Shown here: positions 9,908 through 19,081 of the stretch, piece after piece
Position numbering within the stretch: position 1 is the first letter of the stretch
Layout of the letters: each line of letters begins with the position of its first letter
NCBI GenBank assembly: GCA_020432165.1
Contig: JAGQGU010000041.1
Span: forward strand, 40,115-104,114
Reading direction: 5' to 3'
Length of the DNA: 64,000 nt
DNA from: Thermomicrobiales bacterium
GTDB taxonomy: Bacteria > Chloroflexota > Chloroflexia > Thermomicrobiales > UBA6265
The notes under the pieces: generated by a model
Database searches by the model: none
What the model was told of the DNA's origin: nothing
Seen by the model: the letters and a program-made list of their open reading frames with translations, nothing else
Translations under genes and position numbers: made by a program

Positions 9908-9934
9908 AGCCCCGGAGATAAACTCCGGGGCTAC
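9908..9934 (-). repeat. GTAG-headed hairpin (REP-like), also a bidirectional terminator
   Basis: minus strand reads GTAGC-CCCGGAG-TTTAT-CTCCGGG; 10-bp perfect stem; between the convergent stops at 9885 and 9954. Confidence 0.45.
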
Positions 9935-9953
9935 GTTTATCCGTAAACTCGTA

Positions 9954-11261
9954 TTACCACCGCGGCAGATGCTCGGTCCAGTTGGGATCAACAGTCCGCT
10001 GCATGTGACCAACATCATCGCGATCACGATAGGGGATGCGCAGAAAGAGCTCGTGCTGTCGCTGCAGACCCGCGCGATCGATCTCGATACCGAGACCCGG
10101 CGCATCGGGAATCGCCAATGAACCATCCTCAAAGCGAATCTTGCCGCCGACGGCGAACTCATCGCCCGCATCCAGCCATGGATAGTGGGTATCGACATCG
10201 TAGGTGAGCGCGCGCGTCGCCGCTGCGACGTGCGTCATCGCCATCAGGCTGATGGCAAAGTGGGTGTTGCTGTGCATGCTCATACCGATGCCGAAGACTT
10301 CGCAGATACGCCCAAGCTGCGTGGTGGCGCGAAGTCCGCCCCAATAGTGATGATCGCCCAGAATCACCTGCACGGCATCGTGTTGGAGGCTCTCCGGAAT
10401 CTGGCTGAATTCGGTGACGCACATATTCGTCGCTTGCGGCAAATCGATCCCCTGAGCCAGCAAGGCTGCCCGCACCTCACCCATACCGGGAATCGAGGCC
10501 GTTGGATCCTCGAAGTACTCGAGCTCGTTTTGCAGATCTTGCGCCACCTTGATGCTTGTTTCAACGGTCCAGGCGCAATTCGGATCGATACGGATCGGCA
10601 TGTCCGGACCAAACTCAGCACGCATCTGCCGCACCGATTCGATTTCCAGCGCTGGCTCCAGCACGCCGCCCTTGAACTTAATGCTCTTGAATCCGTGGGT
10701 GTCTATCATCTGTCGGGCCTGACGGGTGACTTGCTCCGGTGTCATCGCCTCACCATATTCGTCAGGGCGTTTGTCCTCACCTTCACCACCGCCGCCAGCA
10801 TGTTTGTAGAAGAGATAGGCGCTGAAACTGACACGATCCCGCACCGGACCACCGAGCAGATCAACCACACGCACTCCGAGCGAACGACCGGTGAGGTCAA
10901 GCGCAGCCACCTCGATCGGGCTGAACGCCCGAGGGATAGTCATGCCAGGCTTACGCACATCGGTGCGGAAGTTACGCAAAATGGGATCGATACGATCATC
11001 GTCATCAGCGAAATGCCCCTCCACCACGCGCATGATCGCAGCCTGATCGGTGCTATCGATGCCAACGATATGGGGCGCAATCGCCTGCAAGTCAGCCAGG
11101 AGCGTCGTCGAATACGCTTGCTCTCCCCAGCCGGAGAGTCCGTTCTCGCCAACAAGCTCGACGATTATGCGGTTCACATAGGGCTCGTGGATACCCGGGG
11201 CGTTGCGCAAGGGGGGATCCGCCATGGCTATGGGAGTGACATTCATCTGCGTAATCTTCAT
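9954..11261 (-). CDS. gudD: glucarate dehydratase (enolase superfamily)
   Basis: 435 aa; collinear with GudD as I recall it: KFKGGVLEP, IRIDPNCAWT, YFEDPT, ATNMCVT, HSNTHFAISLMAMTHVAAA. Confidence 0.85.
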   Translation of the reverse strand: MKITQMNVTPIAMADPPLRNAPGIHEPYVNRIIVELVGENGLSGWGEQAYSTTLLADLQAIAPHIVGIDSTDQAAIMRVVEGHFADDDDRIDPILRNFRTDVRKPGMTIPRAFSPIEVAALDLTGRSLGVRVVDLLGGPVRDRVSFSAYLFYKHAGGGGEGEDKRPDEYGEAMTPEQVTRQARQMIDTHGFKSIKFKGGVLEPALEIESVRQMRAEFGPDMPIRIDPNCAWTVETSIKVAQDLQNELEYFEDPTASIPGMGEVRAALLAQGIDLPQATNMCVTEFSQIPESLQHDAVQVILGDHHYWGGLRATTQLGRICEVFGIGMSMHSNTHFAISLMAMTHVAAATRALTYDVDTHYPWLDAGDEFAVGGKIRFEDGSLAIPDAPGLGIEIDRAGLQRQHELFLRIPYRDRDDVGHMQRTVDPNWTEHLPRW

Positions 11262-11356
11262 AGGGAACTCCTGCGCTGGTTGACGGCTATTTCTGTCGTC
11301 ATGGTGCGCGTGTACACTACCGGTGTCAACAGACTTCTCGTATGGAGAAATGCACC

Positions 11357-12286
11357 ATGACCGATATCCGTACCGCCCTTCACAGCGCTCTCGCCTTCCC
11401 GATCACGCCTTTTGACGCGAACGGGAGGGTCGATCTTGACGCGGTCCGACTGAATGCCAGCTTCGTGGCGAACTCTCGCTGTGGAGCAATTGTCGCACCA
11501 AGCGGTACCGGCGAGATCTTCGCGCTCACACCAGAGGAGTCCACAGACATCGTGCGGGCAACCGTGGAAGTTGCGGGAGAGACACCGGTTATCGCCCCGG
11601 CCGGTTTTGGGCCAGTGCTGGGTGCGCGGATGGCCGCGGAAGCCGAGGCGGCTGGTGCTGCCGCGATCATGGTGGTGGCCCCCTACTATGCCAAACCGAG
11701 CGCGGATGGACTGGTGGAGTATTACAAGCAGATCGCCAGCGGCACAAGCCTGCCCATTCTTCCGTACGCTCGCGATGCTGCCCTCTTCACCCCGGCGATT
11801 CTGGAGAAGCTCTGCAACGAACTGCCACAGATCATTGCCTTCAAGGATGGTCGCGCCGATGTTCGCCTCTTTACGCAATTACGTGATCACGTAATTCACG
11901 CCTGCGGTGAGGATCGACTTATCTGGCTGGGTGGCTCCGGTGATGATCTGGTTGGCCCCTACTTTGCCACGGGTGCGGTGGGCTACACCAGCAGTCTCGC
12001 CTGCTTCTGGCCGGAAGCTTCTATGGAAATCTACGATCTCGCTGCAGCCGGTGATTACGCTGGCCTGCGCGCCTATCACGATCGCGTTGTCCGCCCGATC
12101 TATCAGATGCGTCAGCTCAAGCCCGGGTATGAAGTCAGTGTCATGAAAGTCGCGATGGAGATTTTGGGGTATGTTGCTGGTCCCAGCCGGGCACCATTGG
12201 CGAACCTGACGACTAACGAACGCCGCCAGCTCGCCGGGATTCTGGCCGAGTTGCAGGTACCGACGCGAGCTGACCGAGGGTTGTAA
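11357..12286 (+). CDS. kdgD: 5-dehydro-4-deoxyglucarate dehydratase (DapA/DHDPS family)
   Basis: start moved to ATG 11357 (GGAG upstream); blocks FPITPF, SGTGE, AFKDGRAD; divergent from gudD. Confidence 0.8.
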   Translation: MTDIRTALHSALAFPITPFDANGRVDLDAVRLNASFVANSRCGAIVAPSGTGEIFALTPEESTDIVRATVEVAGETPVIAPAGFGPVLGARMAAEAEAAGAAAIMVVAPYYAKPSADGLVEYYKQIASGTSLPILPYARDAALFTPAILEKLCNELPQIIAFKDGRADVRLFTQLRDHVIHACGEDRLIWLGGSGDDLVGPYFATGAVGYTSSLACFWPEASMEIYDLAAAGDYAGLRAYHDRVVRPIYQMRQLKPGYEVSVMKVAMEILGYVAGPSRAPLANLTTNERRQLAGILAELQVPTRADRGL

Positions 12287-12312
12287 CGGCGCTTCAGGAT
12301 AACGCCATCCTC

Positions 12313-12438
12313 GTGTAGCACCGTCCCGGTGTAGCGCCGTCCCGAAGTGGGCGGCGTCCTGGCGTCCCGAAGTGGGCGGCGTCCTGGCGTCCCGAAGTGG
12401 GCGGCGTCCTGGCGTCCCGAAGTGGACGGCGTCCTGGC
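12313..12438 (+). repeat. left REP-like arm plus 4 x 25-bp tandem array
   Basis: two GTGTAGCRCCGTCCCG heads (12313-12344), then 4 head-to-tail copies of GTCCCGAAGTGGGCGGCGTCCTGGC (12339-12438; 4th copy has 1 mismatch). Confidence 0.85.
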
Positions 12439-12453
12439 GTTCCGGCGAATCTA

Positions 12454-12972
12454 TTACCGATCATGAAACACATCCTGCCCCCAGCGCGCAGGATTCTCAT
12501 CTATATAGTTTCTGATCATATCAAGTTCACGATCGTTCCTAACGATATGATCGTGGTATCCCTCCTGCCAAAACCGATGCTCATAAGGTGTCCATCCTTG
12601 ACCTCTCACCCCATCTATATAGCCGGTGGTTGTTCTGGTCTTCCACCAATGCACTGCGTCGATTAGTGAAAGCTCTGGAAGGGACCCTGTTCCACCAAGA
12701 TTGATCCCCAAGAGTAGATGAACGTGATTCGGCATGACGACAAATGCATCCACAACAGCCTGTGGGTGACGGGGAGTTAGAGCGGCAGTGGTTTCGGTGA
12801 TCATTCGACCGGCATCGTTAAGCTGCATCGCGCCCTCTCGGACACAGCCGAACAGATGCACACGATTGTGAACACAGATGGTCACAAAATAGTAGCCCGG
12901 AGTGCGATAGTCATAATCCCGCAATCGCACCCGGCGAGTTGTGCCTGGTCGTGCATCCTCCGGACGATTCAT
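12454..12972 (-). CDS. REP-associated tyrosine transposase (IS200-like Y1/HUH transposase)
   Basis: ORF trimmed to ATG 12972 (MNRPEDA...); motifs YFVTICVHNR, HUH motif MPNHVHLLL, C-terminal Tyr block MIRNYIDENP. Confidence 0.85.
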   Translation of the reverse strand: MNRPEDARPGTTRRVRLRDYDYRTPGYYFVTICVHNRVHLFGCVREGAMQLNDAGRMITETTAALTPRHPQAVVDAFVVMPNHVHLLLGINLGGTGSLPELSLIDAVHWWKTRTTTGYIDGVRGQGWTPYEHRFWQEGYHDHIVRNDRELDMIRNYIDENPARWGQDVFHDR

Positions 12973-12976
12973 CGAG

Positions 12977-13080
12977 CCTCTCTCGCCGGCCATTTCAGGC
13001 CTCTCTCGCCGGCCATTTCAGGCCTCTCTCGCCGGCCATTTCAGGCCTCTCTCGCCGGCCATTTCAGGCCGGCGCTACAC
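12977..13080 (-). repeat. right REP-like arm plus 4 x 23-bp tandem array
   Basis: 4 perfect head-to-tail copies of CCTCTCTCGCCGGCCATTTCAGG (12977-13068), then CCGGCGCTACAC; on the minus strand the outer unit reads GTGTAG-CGCCGGCC-TGAAAT-GGCCGGCG. Confidence 0.85.
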
Positions 13081-13089
13081 AGATCGGGG

Positions 13090-14751
13090 TTACACGATTC
13101 CGGGCAAATCCAGGCCCTTCTCCCGGGCACACTCGATTGCGATCTCGTACCCGGCGTCGGCGTGACGCATGACCCCGGTAGCGGGGTCGTTCCAGAGCAC
13201 GCGACCGATACGTTCAGCGGCGGCATCGGTACCATCGCAAACGATAACCACGCCAGCGTGCTGGCTGAAGCCCATACCCACACCACCGCCGTGATGAATG
13301 CTGACCCAGGTGGCACCACTGGCGGTGTTGAGCAGCGCGTTCAGCAGCGGCCAGTCGCTGACGGCATCAGAACCATCACGCATGCCTTCGGTCTCACGGT
13401 TCGGACTGGCGACCGAGCCGCTATCGAGATGATCGCGACCGATCACGATGGGGGCCTTCAGCTCGCCATTCTTCACCATCTCGTTGAAGGCAAGCCCCAG
13501 GCGATCGCGATCACCCAGACCCACCCAGCAAATGCGTGCTGGCAGTCCCTGGAACTTGAACGCATCCCTGGCCATATCCAGCCAGCGATGCAAGTGCGGA
13601 TCGTCCGGAATCAGCTCCTTCACCTTGGCATCGGTCTTGTAGATATCCTCAGGATCGCCACTCAGCGCAACCCAGCGGAAAGGGCCAATACCCCGACAGA
13701 AGAGTGGGCGAATATAGGCAGGCACAAACCCTGGAAAATCGAAGGCGTTGCTCACGCCCTCCTCGAACGCCATTTGGCGAATGTTGTTACCATAATCGAC
13801 CGTCGGAATCCCCATCGCATGAAAATCGAGCATCGCCTGCACGTGCACTGCCATGCTCTTGCGGGACTCACGATTCACCGTGGCAGGATCGCTCACCCGC
13901 ATCTCCTCCCACTGCGCCACGGTCCAGCCAATGGGGAGATAGCCGTTCACAGGATCGTGCGCTGAAGTCTGGTCGGTGACAGCATCGGGGTGAATTCCTC
14001 GCTGAACCATCTCCGGCAAAATCTCGGCGGCATTCCCAAGTAATGCGACGGAGATCGCCTTGCCTTCGGACTTCGCCTGATTGAGAAGTTCAAGTGCGTG
14101 ATCGAGATCCTTCGCCTGCACATCGATGTACCCCGTACGCAGACGCATATCGATACGACTTTGCTGGCACTCGATCGCGAGCATGCTTGCTCCCGCCATC
14201 GTGGCCGCACGTGGCTGGGCGCCACCCATGCCACCGAGACCAGCGGTGAGTATCCAGCGTCCATCCCAACTGCCACCGTAATGCTGACGCGCCATTTCGG
14301 CAAAGGTCTCATAGGTACCCTGAACGATGCCCTGACTCCCGATATAGATCCAACTGCCGGCGGTCATCTGCCCGTACATGGCGAGACCTTTGGCATCCAG
14401 TTCATGGAAGTGCTCCCAGGTAGCCCAGTGCGGCACCAGATTGCTATTGGCAATCAGCACCCGCGGCGCATCGACATGGGTGCGAAAAACGCCGACTGGT
14501 TTGCCGCTCTGCACCAACAGCGTCTCGTTATCCTCAAGTTCCTTGAGCGTGGCAATGATCTGATCAAATGCTTGCCAATTACGTGCGGCCTTACCAATAC
14601 CGCCGTAGACCACCAGGTCTTCCGGACGCTCGGCAACGTCGGGATCGAGATTGTTCATCAGCATGCGTAGCGGCGCTTCCGTCAGCCACGATTTTGCATT
14701 CAGCGTGGTACCGGTCGGGGCGTGAATAACACGAGGTTCGGTGGCAGTCAT
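13090..14751 (-). CDS. hutU: urocanate hydratase
   Basis: 553 aa; urocanase blocks [34 protein letters not shown]. Confidence 0.95.
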   Translation of the reverse strand: MTATEPRVIHAPTGTTLNAKSWLTEAPLRMLMNNLDPDVAERPEDLVVYGGIGKAARNWQAFDQIIATLKELEDNETLLVQSGKPVGVFRTHVDAPRVLIANSNLVPHWATWEHFHELDAKGLAMYGQMTAGSWIYIGSQGIVQGTYETFAEMARQHYGGSWDGRWILTAGLGGMGGAQPRAATMAGASMLAIECQQSRIDMRLRTGYIDVQAKDLDHALELLNQAKSEGKAISVALLGNAAEILPEMVQRGIHPDAVTDQTSAHDPVNGYLPIGWTVAQWEEMRVSDPATVNRESRKSMAVHVQAMLDFHAMGIPTVDYGNNIRQMAFEEGVSNAFDFPGFVPAYIRPLFCRGIGPFRWVALSGDPEDIYKTDAKVKELIPDDPHLHRWLDMARDAFKFQGLPARICWVGLGDRDRLGLAFNEMVKNGELKAPIVIGRDHLDSGSVASPNRETEGMRDGSDAVSDWPLLNALLNTASGATWVSIHHGGGVGMGFSQHAGVVIVCDGTDAAAERIGRVLWNDPATGVMRHADAGYEIAIECAREKGLDLPGIV

Positions 14752-14946
14752 AGCGGCTCCGTGGTGGTGTTTGGATACGAATCTTTGCTCTCATTGTACC
14801 GCCGTTGGCGGCCTGGTCGGGTATCAACAACATCGAATCCCAATCCCCTCGACAGCAAGCGTGCGGTGCCTGAATATTCGATAGAAGGCATCACCTGAGA
14901 TCGCCGCCTGCACCTATGCCGTCGACCGGCTGGAGTTTTATTCCCC

Positions 14947-16143
14947 ATGGCGATCGCCCCCGAGCCCATTAGCACCGCGGCGGAAAAGAACGCCTGGCAT
15001 GGCATCTACGCGTTGTCATTGGTCGCCTTCGCGATGACGACAGCGGAAGTGCTGCCAATGAGCATGCTGCCGCTCCTCGCGACTGGTCTCGATGCCAGCG
15101 AGGGATTGGTCGGACAGGCAATCACAGCCACCGCTATCGCCGCCATTATCTTCAGCCTCTCCATCGGACGCATTGTCGGTCACAGGGATCGACGATTGGT
15201 GATGATCGTATTCACGGCGGCACTGGTCGTCTCCAATGTAGGTGTCGCACTCTCTCCGAACGTATGGACGATGCTGCTGTCGCGCATGATCCTGGGTGCA
15301 ACCATTGGCATCAACTGGGGGCTGATGCCATCGGTCGGATTGCGCATCGGACCTCCCGGTCACGTCGCCCGGGGCCTCTCCATCGTTGTGGCCGGGGCTT
15401 CGCTCTCGGGGCTCGTCTCCGCACCATTGGCATCGCTGCTGGGAAACCTCCTTAGTTGGCGCGTCGTCTACCTGGCGGCCACCGCGATCGCAGCCCTCGC
15501 TGTCCTTGGACTGATTCGCTACCTGCCCTCCATGCCACCGCAAGAAGCCACGCGTAAGGTCCATATCGGAGAAACGCTGCGCCTCCCCGGTCTGCTGGCT
15601 GGCATGCTGGGAATGATGCTGGCGTTTGGCGGATCACAGACCTTCTATACGTATTTGGTGCCGTATCTGGAAGATGTGGCCCATGTTGAGGGTGGAATGA
15701 TCTCCGTTATCCTGCTGGTGGCTGGTATTGCCGGATTGACAGGAAACTTCTGGGCGGCCAAGCCATTGCAGAAAAACCTCAGCCGCACATTCACTATGGC
15801 GGTGAGTATGTTGGCGGTGACGCTGGCATGTCTGCTCATTTTCGGCAAGAGTTTCATCATCTGCTTGCCATTGATCGCGGCATGGGCCTTCTTCCGCAAT
15901 ATCGTCGGTGTCGGTGGCAATGCCTGGGTAGCGCAGACCTTTCCCCACCACGCCGAAGGCGCTGGTGGGCTGCTGGTCACCTTCATTCAGGGATCGATGA
16001 TGCTTGGCGCGATGTTGGGCGGAATCCTCATCGATTCGGTTGGTCCCAAAGGTCCGCCAACGGCTGGACTCATCATCCTCACATTTGGTGCGGTATATCT
16101 GTCTTCGGCATTGCGTCCGCGATCGGATCTGGCACTGACATAG
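14947..16143 (+). CDS. MFS transporter
   Basis: 398 aa, ~12 hydrophobic helices, loop GRIVGHRDRR between TM2 and TM3. Confidence 0.8.
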   Translation: MAIAPEPISTAAEKNAWHGIYALSLVAFAMTTAEVLPMSMLPLLATGLDASEGLVGQAITATAIAAIIFSLSIGRIVGHRDRRLVMIVFTAALVVSNVGVALSPNVWTMLLSRMILGATIGINWGLMPSVGLRIGPPGHVARGLSIVVAGASLSGLVSAPLASLLGNLLSWRVVYLAATAIAALAVLGLIRYLPSMPPQEATRKVHIGETLRLPGLLAGMLGMMLAFGGSQTFYTYLVPYLEDVAHVEGGMISVILLVAGIAGLTGNFWAAKPLQKNLSRTFTMAVSMLAVTLACLLIFGKSFIICLPLIAAWAFFRNIVGVGGNAWVAQTFPHHAEGAGGLLVTFIQGSMMLGAMLGGILIDSVGPKGPPTAGLIILTFGAVYLSSALRPRSDLALT

Positions 16144-16172
16144 GCGCGTCGCTGTAGGGACAAGGGGAAACC

Positions 16173-16946
16173 ATGAGAGTTCTCTTCATTGCCGATATTG
16201 TGGGCGAGGAAGCCCTCGACTGGATCGTCTCGCGATTGCCAGAACTGCGTACATCCACGCAAGCCGATGTGGTCATCGCCAACGCCGAGAATAGCGCCCG
16301 GAGCGCGCCGAATCCCTATGTTGGCTTCGGCATCTCCGTAGACGGTGCGCGCAGGCTGCTCGCTGCCGGTGTCGATGTGGTGACCTCAGGAAACCATGGC
16401 TGGGATTCGCCTGATGCCGCCGAAGTCTATGCGCTGGATGGCGTGATTCGCCCGCTCAATGTGGGAAGCGAAAAACCCGGCAAGGGATTCTATACATTGG
16501 ATGTGCACGGTGAAGCACTTACGGTCTTGAATATGGCCGATACGGTGGCGATTCCCGGAGTTGAGCACCCGCATCACGCCTTCAATCGTCTGGATCTACT
16601 CGGAACAGTCGTTGTGGATTTCCATTCCGGCGATGTCATGCAGATCCTGGGATTTGGATTCGCCAATCAGGGCAAGGTTGCGGCCGTACTTGGTACCCAC
16701 ACCCATGAACCGACCGAAATCCTGCACATCACTGAGGGTGGCACAGCGATCGTGGTCGATGTTGGCATGACTGGTCGATCCGGCGGTTGGCAGGGAATCG
16801 ATCCACGCATCATGACCGCCGTCTATCTTGGTGAGGACACCACGTCGTTCGAGCCCTACGAGCTGGCCACAGGACCAATGGTGCTGGGCGCAGTGCTCGT
16901 AGAGATCGAAAACGGCAGAACCACGAGCATCACTCGCGTTCGCTAA
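16173..16946 (+). CDS. YmdB-like metallophosphoesterase (TIGR00282 family)
   Basis: 257 aa; MRVLFIADIVG, DVVIANAENSA, VVTSGNHGWD, GTHTHEPT motifs. Confidence 0.85.
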   Translation: MRVLFIADIVGEEALDWIVSRLPELRTSTQADVVIANAENSARSAPNPYVGFGISVDGARRLLAAGVDVVTSGNHGWDSPDAAEVYALDGVIRPLNVGSEKPGKGFYTLDVHGEALTVLNMADTVAIPGVEHPHHAFNRLDLLGTVVVDFHSGDVMQILGFGFANQGKVAAVLGTHTHEPTEILHITEGGTAIVVDVGMTGRSGGWQGIDPRIMTAVYLGEDTTSFEPYELATGPMVLGAVLVEIENGRTTSITRVR

Positions 16947-16949
16947 GAT

Positions 16950-17300
16950 CTAGACCTCGTCGTCGAACCAGGCACGCCCCGGGTAAAGCTGGATGTACTC
17001 CACCTGAATACCATCCTCACGCGTGAAAGCGCACTGGCAGAAACCGCCCATCTCGTGCGGGGCAATCACAATTTCCTTGCCCTCAATCGCGGCAGCGAGA
17101 TCATCAACGGTGTAGGCGATGTGCGGCTCAAACACGGCATCGGCAGCGTAGGTACCCTCCGGATGCAGGATCCATTCGATCCGCTGCGGATGATGGTTGG
17201 GATTATTGAGGAAGATCGTATTCACCGGAATCCATTCGGTGTCAGGTACATCTTCGAATACATGAATACCGAAGTGGTGATACTGCTTGTTGATGCTCAT
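16950..17300 (-). CDS. hypothetical protein (possibly VOC/glyoxalase-like)
   Basis: 116-aa ORF 33 nt downstream of the MauE-Trx gene; no firm motif. Confidence 0.45.
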   Translation of the reverse strand: MSINKQYHHFGIHVFEDVPDTEWIPVNTIFLNNPNHHPQRIEWILHPEGTYAADAVFEPHIAYTVDDLAAAIEGKEIVIAPHEMGGFCQCAFTREDGIQVEYIQLYPGRAWFDDEV

Positions 17301-17333
17301 GTTCTCTCCTCTGTGTCGGATTCGTTTAGTTCG

Positions 17334-18359
17334 TTACGCCGCCGGGGTAGTAATGCCAGCCTGAAGCTTCAGATCATCCACCAGGCGGCGGATGGTATCA
17401 ACACCGAGTGCGGGCTCCTGCCGAATGAAACCGTCGTGATCAACCAGAATGGCCGTCGGTGTCGCGCGTATCTCCAGCGCATCCTGCAGTTCTCCACCGC
17501 TGGCCAGATGAACTTCGGTCAGCTTTAGCTCATCGCTGAGAAACTGCAGCTCATCCTTCATCCCGACACCGAGAATGACGAAACGCATCACGTCGCCAAA
17601 CTGCTGCTGCCACTCGGCGATATCGGGCATGATCTTGATGCAAGCGCGGCAATGGCTGCTCACAAAGATAAGAAGCGAGGGCTTTCCCTTTGTGTGCGTG
17701 TCGCTGGCAGGAACACCGCTACCATCCAGCAATTCCAGTGTATGGTCAGCGGTTACATGCGCAAACGACTGCTCAATGGGTGGTTTTGGCATTCTGCTCG
17801 CGGGCAGGAGTGCCTGCAATTCGTTCACGCGTTGGGTAAGCGTCGCCACCGTCTGGCGCTGACGCCAGATCACCCACGCCATTGCTCCCAACGCAATGAG
17901 AGCAATACCTACTCCGAGCCGCAGCCAGGAAAGATCCTCCCAGATCGATGTCGATTCCTGGAACTGTGCCCACCAGAAAATCACCGCGGAGGCGAGCGTT
18001 AATCCGGCGTTCCTCGCCACTGTCACCATGCTCACCGGGCCGGAATCCAGCTGACCGAAGCAATGACAATCCAGCGCCTCTTTGGCATTGACGACTCGCC
18101 ACACAGCGAGCGTGAAAACCAGGAACATGATCGTCACCAGCACCGCCGCCCAGGGCAATGTCGGGGCGAAGATCAAACCGACTGCCAGCACAAGCTCAAA
18201 CCAGGGCAGCAGCAATGCACCGATGGGGATCAATGACTTCGGTACACCGAAGCCATCCATCGCCTCCTCCGAACCCTTACGATCCGGAATCTTGGCGATG
18301 CCCGAGACAAGCAGCACCCCGATAATGACCAGGCGCAATATCAACACAATGACGCTCAC
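17334..18359 (-). CDS. MauE/DoxX-like membrane domain fused to thioredoxin-like (TlpA-type) domain
   Basis: start set to GTG 18359 (GTGA overlap with racemase stop, GGAGGAGG upstream); N-terminal half has 4-5 TM helices; C-terminal LLIFVSSHCRACIKIMP CxxC block. Confidence 0.7.
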   Translation of the reverse strand: MSVIVLILRLVIIGVLLVSGIAKIPDRKGSEEAMDGFGVPKSLIPIGALLLPWFELVLAVGLIFAPTLPWAAVLVTIMFLVFTLAVWRVVNAKEALDCHCFGQLDSGPVSMVTVARNAGLTLASAVIFWWAQFQESTSIWEDLSWLRLGVGIALIALGAMAWVIWRQRQTVATLTQRVNELQALLPASRMPKPPIEQSFAHVTADHTLELLDGSGVPASDTHTKGKPSLLIFVSSHCRACIKIMPDIAEWQQQFGDVMRFVILGVGMKDELQFLSDELKLTEVHLASGGELQDALEIRATPTAILVDHDGFIRQEPALGVDTIRRLVDDLKLQAGITTPAA

Positions 18360-19063
18360 GAATCCTCCTCCAGCGCCCAATCGACGGCGGCCTGCGCATG
18401 AATACGCGATGTTGGGTAGAGCGGCACCCGCCATGCCTGATCAGGATCAATTAGCAATTCAATCTCGGTGCAACCGAGGATGAGTCCCTCGGCACCATTA
18501 TCAACCAAAGCCTCCATAATGCGAATGTATTCCGCCCTGCTCTCCTCGCGCACGATACCGAGGCAAAGTTCATCGTAGATCACGCGATGGATGATGGCGC
18601 GGTCCGCAGTTTCGGGAACAAGAACGGTATAACCGGCGGCCTCCAGGCGAGCACGATAGAACTCCTGCTCCATCGTGAAGGCGGTGCCGAAAAGTCCGAT
18701 GATACGTAGCTCAGGATTCTCAGACCGGACTCTCCCGGCAGTGGTATCGGCTAGATGTAAAAGCGGAATACTCACCGCAGCCTGCACGGCATCGGCAACC
18801 CGGTGCATCGTGTTGGTGCAGATGACCACGCACTCCGCCCCAGCCGCTTCAATCTGTCGTGCGGCCTGGGCGAGAGCCACACCGGCATCGTCCCATCGGC
18901 CCTCTACCTGCATCGCCTCGATCTCGGCGAACTCAACCGAGACCATCGCGATTTTGGCGCTATGTAGCCCACCAAGACGATCACGCACAGTCTCGTTGAT
19001 GATGCGATAGTATTCGGCTGTCGATTCCCAACTCATGCCACCAATGAGACCGATTGTCTTCAT
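18356..19063 (-). CDS. aspartate/glutamate racemase family protein
   Basis: 235 aa; MKTIGLIGGMSWEST, catalytic Cys blocks VVICTNTMH and LILGCTE. Confidence 0.85.
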   Translation of the reverse strand: MKTIGLIGGMSWESTAEYYRIINETVRDRLGGLHSAKIAMVSVEFAEIEAMQVEGRWDDAGVALAQAARQIEAAGAECVVICTNTMHRVADAVQAAVSIPLLHLADTTAGRVRSENPELRIIGLFGTAFTMEQEFYRARLEAAGYTVLVPETADRAIIHRVIYDELCLGIVREESRAEYIRIMEALVDNGAEGLILGCTEIELLIDPDQAWRVPLYPTSRIHAQAAVDWALEEDS

Positions 19064-19081
19064 ATCGTCTCCCAGAAGGAT

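Larger units (their letters stand above)
12313..13080 (-). mobile_element. RAYT cassette: Y1 transposase gene bracketed by inverted REP-like arms with tandem amplification
   Basis: outer 28 nt of each arm are inverted copies (12329-12356 vs the reverse complement of 13053-13080, 24/28 identical); inserted between the convergent 3' ends of kdgD and hutU. Confidence 0.7.

Noticed and set aside
12339-13068. The two short tandem repeat arrays considered as a CRISPR array
   Set aside because: The units are directly head to tail with no unique spacers. The two arrays have different units in inverted orientation around a transposase gene, and no cas genes are present. They are interpreted as amplified REP arms instead.
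10185-13965. Antisense ORFs 10185-11360 (391 aa) and 12856-13965 (369 aa), plus similar ones at 19229-20080, 20865-21710, 35506-36384 and 44679-45464
   Set aside because: Each lies opposite a confidently identified enzyme gene (gudD, hutU, hutH, hutI, the Zn-peptidase, aroA). Each has Arg/His-rich noise-like sequence. ORF 12856-13965 also runs straight through the 23-bp tandem array.
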